A stretch of 63,147 nucleotides of DNA, the filler included, from Choristocarpus tenellus KU-1152 (taxonomy: Eukaryota; Protista; Phaeophyceae), in assembly GCA_964200185.2 (NCBI GenBank). It is 10 parts of 10 records of this genome, joined end to end, with 100 filler letters (N's around TTAATTAATTAA, not from the genome) between each part and the next. Parts side by side here need not be neighbours in the genome. Positions count along the whole stretch, not along the records: positions 25,236 to 32,926 come from CAXNAD020005745.1; positions 33,027 to 39,586 come from CAXNAD020007867.1; positions 39,687 to 55,141 come from CAXNAD020000997.1; 7 more parts are not named here. The stretch is one strand, 5' to 3'. Within the stretch, counting starts at the first letter, position 1. The number at the start of each line of letters is the position of its first letter. The notes beneath the pieces are model-generated. The model was not told the DNA's origin. It saw only the letters and a list, made by a program, of their open reading frames with translations, and did not search any database. The position numbers and the translations under genes were made by a program. Below, piece after piece: positions 27,092-39,914 of this stretch.

Positions 27092-30000
27092 CTCATTACA
27101 TGTAGAAAGCATGCCTGTACTGGTAAGATCCAAGGTAAGTCTGTCGGCCAACTTCAAGCTCCTTTGGCAGCAGTCCTTTATGCGAGCAATAGCAGCTGTG
27201 ACCATACCTACCCCAACACCTTGGGAGTAGCTACCTTCCTTGGCAAGGGACCCTGTATTGAGAACGAATGAGTGGGTTTAGGTAAGGGCAGCAGCAGGGG
27301 TGTATGGAGTCTTGGTTAGGGAAGATTCTGATTGGGATGGGAATCAAGGAGGTATTGGCAGTCAGGTTTGTGTGGTGGCACAAAGGGATGTGGTGCCCTG
27401 GAAAAAGTGGAGTAGATGTTTCACTCTGCATGTTCCTATATTGCTTCCAAGCCCTTCCGTTGCTCCCCCTACTACACGTTGTGATGATGCCAGAATCATG
27501 ACCACAGTAGCGAACACTTTGTATCTACTCTGGATTCAAGCTAACCTTGTGAGAGCATACCAATCTGCCTGCAATAACCCTCCCCCTTAGTCCTAGTCCC
27601 AGACTCTTTGTGGTATGTCAGTTGAGGTGCACTTTGACAGTAGTGCCAATTCTGAATTGAAACACTTAAGGATGCTGTAGGAAGCTGGTATACTTAGCCC
27701 AGACCTAACACCATGCACGCTTTGAGAAACACTAGGTAAAGGGGTTGAGGGGTTGGGTTCAGGTAGGAGTTGTGGATTTTGGAAATTAAATTATCCCAAA
27801 AGAAACTGTCACTGGGCTGCAGACCAATGCACTTCAGTAGTTGGTCACCAAAAGCTGGTTTAAGTTTCCAAGAAATATGCGTGCCCCCTTGCCAATGAAT
27901 AGATCAAGGGTGCCTACCCATGTGTATTCCTTTCCCCCCTCTGTGTCAATCCCACCAGTTACCCATTTTCCAACCTCACCCGGCTTTCAGCTGTTCCCAC
28001 TTAACCAAATAGAAGCCACAGATCGCACGCAAGAGTTTTTGTTCAGTTATCACAGAGATGAGAATCAGTGGCACATTCTCCTTGAGGATGTTTGACAACA
28101 TGATGTTGTCTCTACAATGGTGTGGACTAAACGTTACTCTCCTTGCCCCTTCCCTATCCCTTACTCCCCCCCCACTTGATGAGATCCAGTCAATAGACGT
28201 TCGCCTCTCCCCTCCCCCACATCCTTCTAACTTTGTACTACCTGCTTAACTTCTGGCATAAGGGGTCTCAATCTACCATGTCCTTCCCCACTCAACCTCC
28301 ACTATTATCCCCCTTCCTAGACCATCCCTGCAAGCCTTTCCCCCAAATACCATTGACCCATCGCACCGCTTCCTGGGGGGAGTCGTGAGTGACACAGTGC
28401 CTCAAACTCCAGGGACTTGTCTGAGCTTGCCGTGTTCAACATCCATGCCGCCACTTTTGGGTCAAACAGACCTGAAATCCCAGAAACCCCATGAACTCCT
28501 ACCCCGGTCCCTGCTACCCCATGCCCACTGTTTGCCCAGGAAGCAAAGGGCATTAGTGTGACCTGGAGGAGAGAGGTGTCTTAAGTCTTGGAATTTGCAG
28601 TGAGGGGGGATTGTGGGACTTCCGTGTTTTTGAGCATTGGTGTACGGAGCAGGCTATATGCTTTTGTGGCAAGAGGTGACCAGACAGTGTGGTCATGTTT
28701 GTCCTACATGGATGGTATAAATATATTATATCCAACGTACATTGCGTAATGCAAAGGCATATGCATGTGATATTTGACTCACCTGTGCATTGAAGGACAC
28801 CTTCCGGCCTTCTATTGAAAGAACATCACTGAAGGCCCTCCAGCGTTGCTCAAATGTTGTCTTTTGAGAAGAAAACAATGAGAGATGGGGTAAAGAGTGA
28901 AGGAGAACGAGACCTGGAAGATCAGCTTGAGATTGGAATGGGTTCTGCCGTGAGAAATTTGGGCAAATTTGCATTTGGGTGGCAAACTGTGGAGGTACCC
29001 AAAAGAATAGTACAAAGTACTCAATGACAAGACTTTACCATGCTGAATACGTGTGGCAGAGCAGGATGTCAGGGCTCTTCAGGCCAACAAGGCAGCTGGG
29101 TTTCTCTTAGTGCTTAGAGTTCAATTCATGGTCAGCAGTCAAAAAGCTCAAGCATGGAAATAAAATACCCAACCCCCATACCAATCCTTCCCTCTCCCTC
29201 GTCTTGGGTTTGGGGTTACAGTAAATGATACACAGTGGTCGTAGCAAGCTTACTGATGGGCATAAATCTTGACGCAATGGGACTCAAAGGTTTTTTCCCA
29301 ACTTCCAGTCCCCAACCCCACACTCAGAATGGGGATATGAATATATTCCCTGCACCTCGCAGGTTATTGGTAGGCAGTACTCCTCCCCCCTCCTGGATAG
29401 TGTCTGTTGCATAGTGGCATGACGGTTGACCTCAATTTTCTCCTCTTCTCCCTCACAGACTGTCAGTGGGAGTAGAAAGGTCTCTTCTCCTTCCCACCCT
29501 TCCTCTTCCTCCTGACTGTAGCTTTTGCCTTGTTGGGAAAACTCTGCTAAGGTAGCCCAACCCATGTATTTCATGTAAATGAAACCCATAACAAAGACAA
29601 CAGAGAGAGGGAGAGAGAGAGAGAGTTCCAGATTGTGCAAGATATGAATTACGCAAAATAAGTTTCTGCGTGAGTTCTTGATATGATAGAAGCAGGGGAA
29701 GAGTGCGTATTGTTTCACTGTGAGTACTCGGGGCCCCGAAGTTTTACAAAATACACCATAACACTGCTGTAGCAATACACAATTCCCATACTTTTATCCT
29801 AAGGTACTTGTGCAGAGGACAGGAACACAGACACAGACACACTCACATATGCACAAGTGCATTAAGACTTGCCAGTAACAAAGAGTGGAACGACTTCAAT
29901 GCACCAAAACAACGAAACGATTTGATCGACACATGCAGGCAGAGTGTCCACATACTTGACAAAAGCTGCCGTGTGCATCCTACGGTGAGGGTGAGGCACA

Positions 30001-32926
30001 GTCTAAAAAAACTGTGTGGTGCTTAATCTATGAGAACGCTTAATGAGATGCCTCTGGCACAACTAGTACTGTGTTGTATATTGAGTACATGGAAGCCAGA
30101 ATCCTCAAGCACAATATTTCCTTTCTAAAAAGTGTGCTGGATAGCCACATCACATGCTGTCGTAACAAAAAACTAGGATCCACAATATTGAGCTCAAGAC
30201 ACACAAGCTACATATGCCTAATGAAAAATTCATTGCTTGAAGAATAAATAACCCCCACTAATTCCAACTACTCGTACCAACCCCAGCACCAACTGCACCA
30301 AAACCTATCAACTATGTAATACACAATACCCTCAATGATCCCCCAGCCCCAAATTCCTTCTCTTGATGATCCTCCTCCACATCCAGCTGACACAGTTTTC
30401 AACTGTTAACAACAACTACACTAAACCATAAAGCCTCGTCACAACCCCAACTCCATGAAGTACTCATCACTCACTCCTACCTTGTGGTGCTTGCGATCCA
30501 CCCCCTGAACCAGGCTGTGCTGGCAAAAACAACACAGCACCAATGATTGGGGCACGTGCCAAGCTTGCCCGAGGCTGAGGAGTTGTTTGGACAATTGGGT
30601 GGAGATCATGATGGGAGAGGGGCTGAGTGGATGCAGGAAGAAGCTGCGGCAAGTGGGGGGTTGGGGTTGATTGAGCATGCACTGTAGGTGGGTACAGGGA
30701 TGTTGGAGTGGGGGAGATGGTAGGGTCGGATCTTGTTTCTTTACCGTTTTTCCACTGGTGTTTTCCACCTTGTTGAGGACTATATAAAGTGATACAAAGG
30801 TGATGGACCCCTCTCTTGCAACACAGGAAACACCTCATTCAGCACCACATTGGCACTAAGGCACATAGTACAGTTCAGTATGTCGCCTTGTGTCCAATAG
30901 CAACTCCTTCCTCAAATAGCCAGTTCTTGGTGCACACGCTTTTGCTTTTGGGATCGCAGAGACTTTAGAAAGAACGAGAGAATAATGTGGGACACTTAAT
31001 GCAACTCAAAAGCACAATCAACCCTGAAGCACACCAGAGTGCTTGCTTGCATTCCTCAAAAAATGATCACTTTGCACATCAATGACACAAAGAACAATGA
31101 ATTGCTGGGGCAAACTGTCGTGCCTCTGTAGAGCCAAGGCTGAGAGGGTGGACCTAGCCAATAAAAAATATCTCTAGGAAGTATAATTGTTTAACGACTT
31201 GAACTGGCCAAAATTGTAACTCTCCATATCCCTACATACTCAACAATCACGGAAGACATGCACCCAATACTGCAAACTTGCAAAAGAATGCAGAACAAAA
31301 ATTCATTTGACAATAGAAGGGCACCCCTCAAAAGCTGTTCCATCTAGATTCATCACACATTGTTTTTAACCGAACAAAAAAGCTTTTTTCACTTGCCAGC
31401 CTAGAGATATACTTCTCCTCCCCACCCTCATCCAATCCCCCCACACCTCCAAAACTCTCTTTTTCTCTTTGCTCTTTTTCCCACACCTGACGGCCACAGG
31501 CACAGTTCCAACGTGCACAGCTTTGGCTAGGAGTGCAGCACTTGACCGTGACAGTTGAAAAGTTTGTGGTGAGGTCAGCCCACAGTACACCCAGGGCCAC
31601 TGTCCTCCTGACGCGGCACAATTCCACAAACTGACCTAGACCTTCCACAGTTGCCCCTGGTGTAAATGGTCAGACACATGGCCTGTTGTGTGTCAATTTG
31701 TTCTATTGCTTTGTGGTTTAGGCAGAACAGTAGGGAGTATAGCACTATGGTACGCGCGTGTGTGTGTGTGTTTGCAGCGGGCTAAGCAAAACAAGCAGTA
31801 CATTCAAAACCACCCCCCTATAATGTAAAGGCACATGCCAAACTAAGCACATCTTGCCTGCATTGAGACATGTTTTCTCTGCGCCTTCAAAGTCTTGAGC
31901 CTCCAGCTTCCTTGCTGAATATTGTGGGGTAGGAGTAGCAGAAGAGGCAGGGCTACGCATGGGCACAACGGAAGAGGAAGCAGCGCTCAAGGAAGTAGGG
32001 ATGGCAGGGGACAGCTGCTTCGCCCCTCCCCCCAGTGCATCTGGTTGAGATCTTAGTCTTTTCCTCGCCGTAGCAGATCTCGCCATGTCTTCTCTCCCAT
32101 CCCCACCATTACAACCCTGATCAAGCATACCTGCCAGTGAGGCCTGTTGGTAAAATGTAGATTGATCGGACATTCGAGAGTGGGATGATGTCTCACTACT
32201 CACCCATCGACTCATTCCTGGCACACCTTGGTCCACTGGATTCGGTGGCCTCCTCTCTTGGCAGGAGCCACTCACAAGGTCCAGAGAGGAGGTTGTTGAC
32301 TCCTGCTGCTCAAGTAGTGTTTGGTGACCTTGGAGTTGACTCCTGTCCTGAGACCCTTCACCTGGTTTGTTGTGCTGTTTCCCATTAGGGTGATTGCCAC
32401 AAGCAATATTGTTATAATATTGGAATCTCTGCATCCCTCCTCCTTTCCAACCCATTTCTCCTTCTCTGTTCCTTTCACTGCCCCTGGCCTGGCTTTCACC
32501 TCTTTGCAATGTTGTGGTACTACTGTTCAGAATGTTGCTGTTGATGGCCACATCACTTCTCTGTTGGGTTGATAGGTTTGTCAAGGAGAATGGCCTGTTT
32601 TCTGCTCCACCCACTCCATCCTGTTTCTCATCCCTGGTCCTCACTTCCAGTTTCGTCCCTATTCTCTCCCCTGCCCTTGTCTCCCCTCCTGTACCTCTTT
32701 CGCATACAAATCCCAAACTTGAGTGTATTTTAAGACCCTGACTTGTCTCACGGACCTGGTCCTGGTTCTGATTTTCCTGTCCACTGTTTGCTACGGAGAA
32801 GAAACCTGTCCCACTTCCCCCAAAGACAGAAAAGGGCTCTGGCTGAGTTGGAGTGGTAGGGCTAGACAGTTGAGATGAGGGTAATAATGGTGTGATACTA
32901 TGCGAGCCACTGCTTCGTTCCTCACA
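27092..32926 (-). CDS. Family A DNA polymerase (Pol theta/Pol nu-like), disordered linker and exonuclease-like domain, partial. Exons 32926-31858, 31656-31487, 30574-30481, 29528-29356, 28860-28783, 28562-28358, 27252-27092
   Basis: Seven exons join in consistent phase. RKVSFNAQ...GLFDPKVAAWMLNTASSDKSLEFEALC resembles the DP(K/R)(V/I)A(A/C)WL motif of POLQ/POLN. The model ends at GMLSTCNE, where an EMP motif would be expected next. Polymerase catalytic motifs were not found in this contig. Confidence 0.68.
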
Positions 32927-34769
32927 NNNNNNNNNNNNNNNNNNNNNNNNNNNNNNNNNNNNNNNNNNNNTTAATTAATTAANNNNNNNNNNNNNNNNNN
33001 NNNNNNNNNNNNNNNNNNNNNNNNNNAAGAATAATGCCTCAAAAGGGGGTGGATGGGGGGTTTTGGGTGGGAGGGGTTTGTGAGGTGGTCCCAAGAGGAC
33101 TACTTCTGATTGAACCTACTCTCAATAACCCCCCTCTCATCATGAGAATACCATTGCGTTGCATCTATGTCAGATTCAAGTTATCGCAACTGTCAGAGGA
33201 GTGTAGGTGCTCCTCGAGGATTTCTGATGTGGAGCATGTGGCATGTACACTGCTCTTGATGATTGAATTGAGGGCTTGATGTGTAGTGTTGTCAGAAGGG
33301 TCCTTGAAATGCACCTTCCTTATTCCACTCGTGCTTTTTTGGTTGTGGTATATCTTTTTTTTAAATGTCTTGTTGTGATAGCATCATTTATATGTTTTGC
33401 TACCTTTTCCTTCCTGATTTTATTTTTTGTGACAGATAAACTCTTTGTTAATTGTTTACATAATCCCATTTTTCACAACCTCTATACACAGGGGAGTGAG
33501 AATCCTTTTCACCTGATGACGGACACAAGTTCCAAGGTTGGTAGTTGTCTACATGGTGTCTACATGAGCTGCGAGCGTAACCTTAATGTGGCAATGGAAC
33601 TACCCAGTGCAGACCGACTCTTTTATTGTGTCAGCTTGTAGAAGTGTTGCACAGGTGGTGACAGCGAGTTTTTTTTTGTAGCTCATGCCCACCTGCAAAG
33701 GTGAAGGTGCAGTCTGTGTGTTAGAGAGTTGAATGGACTGTGTCATAAATGCAGATGTGTCCAACCCACCATAGCAGTTGGCGGAATACTATCTTGGTGT
33801 TCTGAAGGAGGGGGTGTAGATACTGCAACTTTATGCTCTACATTTTCTTGTATATAATATTGTATTTATTACCTGAGCAGAGGGTGTTGCTTTTAAACCA
33901 CATAAGTTTTCCATGGATACAGTACTGACATAAAGCAGAACATAATAGGTAGAGCTCTCATCTTCAATGTGTACGAAATATCGAAGGTTCCATCATTAAA
34001 AGTCATCACTACATGTGTATCACCTGTGGGATGAAGGTATTTATTGTCCCTGTACATGTTACTTGATTCTTGTGACATCAACAACTATGCAATAATAAAG
34101 GGGTTGGTGCACTGATTCATGTTGAGGACAAACATTGTCTCAGTTTGTAACAAGAGCTTTTCTCAGGATAGTAGGTCTAGCTTCAGCCAACGCCTCCTTT
34201 ATTTGCAGGAGATCATAATGTGGCTGTTCATAGGATTACTGCAGAGAGATGAATTTATTTATATACATGCAAACTAGGAACCATAAGTGCAATAAATAGG
34301 TACGTACTCTAAAGTGTCTCCTACCTGCAACATGTATGTTAATTATTTCTTGTCCCATTTCGATGAAGGGGTTCATGTATTGGCCAATGTTATACTTGAA
34401 AGCTGTAAAGTTAATCAAATAGTTGGATGCCCCTTACAATTTAATTTTGTGCATAGAATATTGGCACTGGTCTAACAGTGGGCACTGTGCACAGGTATTT
34501 GGTGTGGTTTAATGCATAGACTCGTTGATAAAACACGTTTGGTTGTTATGCAGGATGACAGTTTCATCCGAAAGGTTTCTTTTCTATGAGTATGCAACAA
34601 TAGATGATTGAATAGAGTTTAGTAAATGATGCAAAAGAATCATCTCATTTCATATCCCTGGTCCTGTGAGCACATTGAAAAAGGTAATTTACGCCTGAAG
34701 TCTCAAGTGATGACAAAACATTGAGTGAGGACCAATTATGATCACAATATGGAGGTGATCAGAGTTTAT

Positions 34770-34897
34770 TTTGTCCATTTGGGCCTAGACTAGGAAAGGC
34801 GCACTTACATTATCCATGCAACCAAATCACCCAAAAATTACATGGAAAAATAGACCCCAAATGGACAGTTGCCACCCCCCTCCAGATACTTTGAGCC
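34770..34897. mobile_element. MITE family A, partial, reverse orientation
   Basis: CAACCAAATCACCCAAAA...CCCCCCTCCAGATACTTTGAGCC. Confidence 0.75.
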
Positions 34898-37800
34898 AAA
34901 CATCCAAGGAACCTAACAAGCCCATCTCCCTGGTGTCTCCAGCATAAAGCGCATAACACGTGTAGATAGGGCTACTTGTGTTGTGACGGAGACTATCTGT
35001 CGTAGATGGGATTTGACAGTCTCTTTCCTCCTCTAGCCTCCTGCCCCTCTCCCTCCTACTGCGTGCGTAGCTATCTCATCCAGAAGAATACAGGATTTGA
35101 TCCATGCACATCTAATTACTATTTATAGTGGAACGCAGCATGTAAAAGATAGAAGCGAGTGTGACTATAGCATCTAAACTATACTTCCAAAATACTGTTT
35201 ATTAAGATATCCTAGAGGGTTGGAAAGAAATTGTAGCAGAATGGAAATTGAGGGGCACTGATAGCATTCCCTGAAGGGGGTGCCACCTTGTTCCTTGTTT
35301 GATCGGCATGCAGTATATAATTCAACCAGATGAGAGTTTAGTTCCTTAGACATAACGTCAGTCTTTTTCCTCACACACCATGGTTTAGCCTCAGGGGGCA
35401 CTGTGAGCTCAGAGAGAGCCAAAGTATCTCAGAGGGTAGAGCCGCGTCCATTTGGGGGTCAAAATCCAATGTTGCGATTTTAATGTAATTTTGGTTATCG
35501 TGTTTGTTAGGAAGTGCCAATATCTGCATTTTATTTTCTCTTGTGTAACCGTGAATAACTTGAATTGTGTATACCATGTATTATTGGTATCATCAGTATG
35601 GGAACATCTGAAACCGACAACTGACTTGAAATTTGAGACCAAAAAATGTAATCCAACACATTCACATACAAACAGGCAACCTCTGTCAGGTTCCATCAAA
35701 GGAATGCTTGATACACAATTTAAACATCAAGTTTTAAACTTGATTGACGTGATATTCTCCTTCACGTAGACGTACTTTCACATAAATTGTGGCAAGCACA
35801 ACAGAAGGGTAAGTGTACCTGTCATTACCCATCACTAAACAATAAAAACAAAGTGGTGACAAAGGTTCTACGATATTCTATTATCGGTGTGTGATGAATG
35901 GTCGGATCAATGTGGAACTATAAAACGTTTGTTATTCAACTACTACCTCAAAGTTCCTACATTCCACTTGAAGTACTTTGTGACATACTACTGTGGTACT
36001 CAGAAAATTATAATGATATAGGTGGAGAGTGTGTAGTGTCTCTAACTACATGAGGAGGTCTATGATAGTTCTTCAAGTTGAACAAGGGTACGAGTGGCAG
36101 GATCACAAACAGTGAGTGACTCCATCTCTACCTCCATTAATGTAAAACGAAAAGAAACACAAAAACACCAAAAAATTTATTAGTTTTGACAGACTTCGAC
36201 TACGACGGATGTATGGTGTTGTGACGAAGTCGGGTTCATTTTCGTGAATGATGACAACTAGAGGGGGGTCTGGGTTGTGACCATTTTACTACCGCCCTTT
36301 CAGGCTCATCAAGAAGCTACTTCGATGTGCCAACAACTATTTATGGTAACATGATATACAGCAGGACGACAGTGGCAGTGAGTATGTGATTTCTTTGTAA
36401 GTGGTAAATGTGTATGATGTCGGTCATGCCCTATCGCCAAGAAAATCTGGCAAACCACGGAAAAAAATAAGTGACTGAATCATACATTTGACCGAGTGTT
36501 GGTTGACCAAGTAACCAAGCAAAAATATCACGGTGACGTAGGCTGATGATCGAGATGCAATGTGTGAAACTTGGGGATTGGCTGCAGCCAGGTGGTCTTA
36601 CTCTTGATAGGTAGAGGCACACTACAACCACAATGTGAATACCCTGCATAATCCTCATGCATGTGCATCCATTCTAGGGCTCCATGGTTGCCGCAACCAG
36701 CACTTTTTAAGCCTACCGTTGCGGTACACTTCTGGTTGGGCCGATCGTGTTGCTTCTCTGAAGCACCCTCTTCTCCTTCCCTTGGCATTTTCCTCAAAGC
36801 AACTTTTCTCCTCTATTGGATAGGATTCGTTGGCCGAGTAGGCACAATTAACTTCCTTGTACAACAAGTCATGCATCATCTCTTTAGTGGGTGTGCATGC
36901 GATACGTTGCTAAAAATCACAAGGGAGTCATGAACGTTCAACCCATCATAGTTCTCCTTGGTGTTGGTCGTGTTGCTGAAATATTTCCCCCTGGGCTAGG
37001 TAGTGGATATAATTGGAAGTGTAGAGAACACTATGCATTTGTGGTTTCACAGAGAGAGAGAGATGCATCACATTTATCATCCTTCGAGCCAGGGAAACTT
37101 CTATTTGTGCTTACTTGCTTCATTTATCATCATTGCTCAAGTGAAATTAACAACTTCACATACTTGTGATCAGATCTGCAGTAATCTTGTATACAAAAGT
37201 TGAGCAGCGATTCTAGGTTGGTGCAATTTCTCAGTTTGGTTAACTCCGATAACGTGATAAATATAAGGTGTGGAGAGCGAAAACACGGAAGAAATGCGTC
37301 TGACTATCCACATCTGATGCTGGAGATACACTCCTTACATCATTTTTCTTCAGAAAGATGACCAAAAACTACAAGTTGACTGCAATTGAAAGGGTATCCA
37401 CGTACAATGGAGGTATAGCAACATATATCCCTGCATCCTCCCCTTGTCTATTTGGCATATGACATCACCTCCCCTATGACTAGGTATTTATTGTCTTGGT
37501 TGAGGGTGGTGTCTGTCGACAATGGATAGATCCACACAGGCACCATCGTGGTACACTTTCTTCAGTGGATTGGTGGGGGTGGAGACAGAATCGTAGAAGA
37601 AGAATTATAAAAAAATGTTGAGCGATATTGTGAAAGGGTTCTGAAACCTTAATGAAAAAAGTGAAAAGGGTATTGTACGACTTGGAAGCAACAGCAGCCA
37701 TCTACTCTAATGGTAACCTTTACACACCGCCTGTGTATATCTCGTTGGTCACCAACCCTGCATCCTGCGTACTGACTTGATGTTCACTTCTTCCATGGTT

Positions 37801-39914
37801 TGGACATAGTGTAGTCCACCAGCAGCATACCGAGTACTACAGAGCTAGATCAATTGAGAGGTAAGCAGGTTTGGACTCTTTTGCATTCTAAGCCAACGAT
37901 CTTACGTCGGGCAATACACTCTATCTACTTGCTTTATATCTACAACAGTGTACGCAAAATTGCTGCGGAATAAGCAAAAACTCTTTCTGCGACTGTATAA
38001 AATGGTGTCTTTCCCCTTTCTCGGGATCGTTAAAATGCAACCCTGCCTACCTGTCGTTGGCTTCTTTGACTGTAGTTGATAGAAATGTAGGATGTTGATA
38101 CTGTGCTACCACTAGGAGCTGCTGGGATTGGGAGTCAGCTTCTATTGGAAACATTGGAGAGACTCCTATGCCATTTGTGTTGCAATAGCGAGGTGGGGAA
38201 AACATGGAAGTGTTCTTTACTACTTGTATCTCCCTGGACCGTCTTAGCCAAACACTATATGAAGAACTATCTTGAGGTGCACTGTAGTATTTCTATATGT
38301 TGCCTGGTCTTGTGCATTAGTTTCCACTTTGCGGCAGCTCAAAACCAGAGCCTTACACCACCAGAGCAGATAGATGGGACAGGACTGTACAGTGGGCAAG
38401 CAAGGTTGAATAGTAGTTTATAACATCACCAATCCTAAAGTCAAGGGATTTCAACAGGGGCAGACTGCGGACTGGCCTGGATATGTTCAACAAGGCCAGA
38501 CCAACACCTTCAGTGATTTTACTTCGTGGGCTATGGGCTGGCAGCGATAAGACATATCTTCCCGAGGCCAAGCCAGGCCTCAGCTTGGTCAGACTGGACT
38601 GGGTTGGTGCTCCAGCATTTACGATAGGGTAAGGGTTTAGTGCGAGCCCGGTATGACCATAAAGAAAATATGAAAGTATATATCAATTTCCTTGTGCCTC
38701 TAACACTAAATATCATATCATCATACCTTTTAACTCACTGACGATTTTTTCACTTATGGAACTCACGAGATTTCCCTGATCGATGCATAGCCTACTAAAA
38801 AAACACCCAGAAGATATATTTTTAAAACCCTGGTTTATGATTGAATTGTGAACTGCAACACGTTCATTTCAACCTCGAGGCAGATATGCTTAACCCTGCC
38901 GGTTCAGTGCAAAGCAGTGGATAATGGTTACAAGGGACTACGTAGTATTTACTATCTGCATCTATTTTATCCTTCAAATTATGGTATATTATCTTATCAT
39001 CATTTTCCGTTTTGTTTCTTTGGTTTGCAGACGTTGGAATACACCTGAGAACCGTTGCGACCTTCCCAAGTTACAGATATTATTCTGAAAAATTTGGCAA
39101 ATCGAAGTTCCCCCTTTTGGGGCTCCACACGTGCGTATACTGCTCACGCCGTTTAAAGCATGGGAAGAAGTACTCGCGTTATTCCCCTGTAACAGTACAA
39201 CTTGGAGGACGTAAGGGACTAGGAACTGGTCCTGTGTTACAAATATTTCTGATAGGGCTGAAAAAGGACTCCACAGGGCCGGCCACGCCTGGTGGAGTCT
39301 GTATTAATGGGGCTGGGTAGAGTCTTCAGGGGTGTAACGGTGACCAGGTTATCTGCCAGTCCACTCCAAGACTCTGCTGGAAATATACTGAAGATTCGTT
39401 AGAGGCGCACCTACGAGTCTAGGTGGCTTTATGGGGAAGTAAGGCAAGTACGTACAAGACACTCAAGTATACCTTTAGTTGTCCCATGATGCCGTTTATG
39501 TAGAGTGTTTTTAAGTGGTTGAGTGAAAGTATCTCAGAGGGTACGAGTTTTGCCCTGTTTGTCCATTCGGGGCTTGACTTCCCATGNNNNNNNNNNNNNN
39601 NNNNNNNNNNNNNNNNNNNNNNNNNNNNNNTTAATTAATTAANNNNNNNNNNNNNNNNNNNNNNNNNNNNNNNNNNNNNNNNNNNNGGGATTGATTGGGG
39701 GTGGGGGGTGGGGGGGTGCTCTTGTCTCTCTCTACAATAATGACTGAATGATGTTGTGATTCTCCCCCCAAACCCTCCCAAGGATGCACTTCACTTCTAC
39801 TTAGTTGCATTATCAGTGATAATAAATTTAGAGATTGCACAGCTCTCAGGTTTATGCACAGAATTTCTTCCTGAGAACAGTCCATCTTCAGTCCATAAAA
39901 CTAGGTCTGCTCAC

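Noticed and set aside
38353-38716. TPR-like peptide AEAWLGLGKICL
   Set aside because: Single short match, frameshifted relative to the next ORF, with no supporting exon structure.
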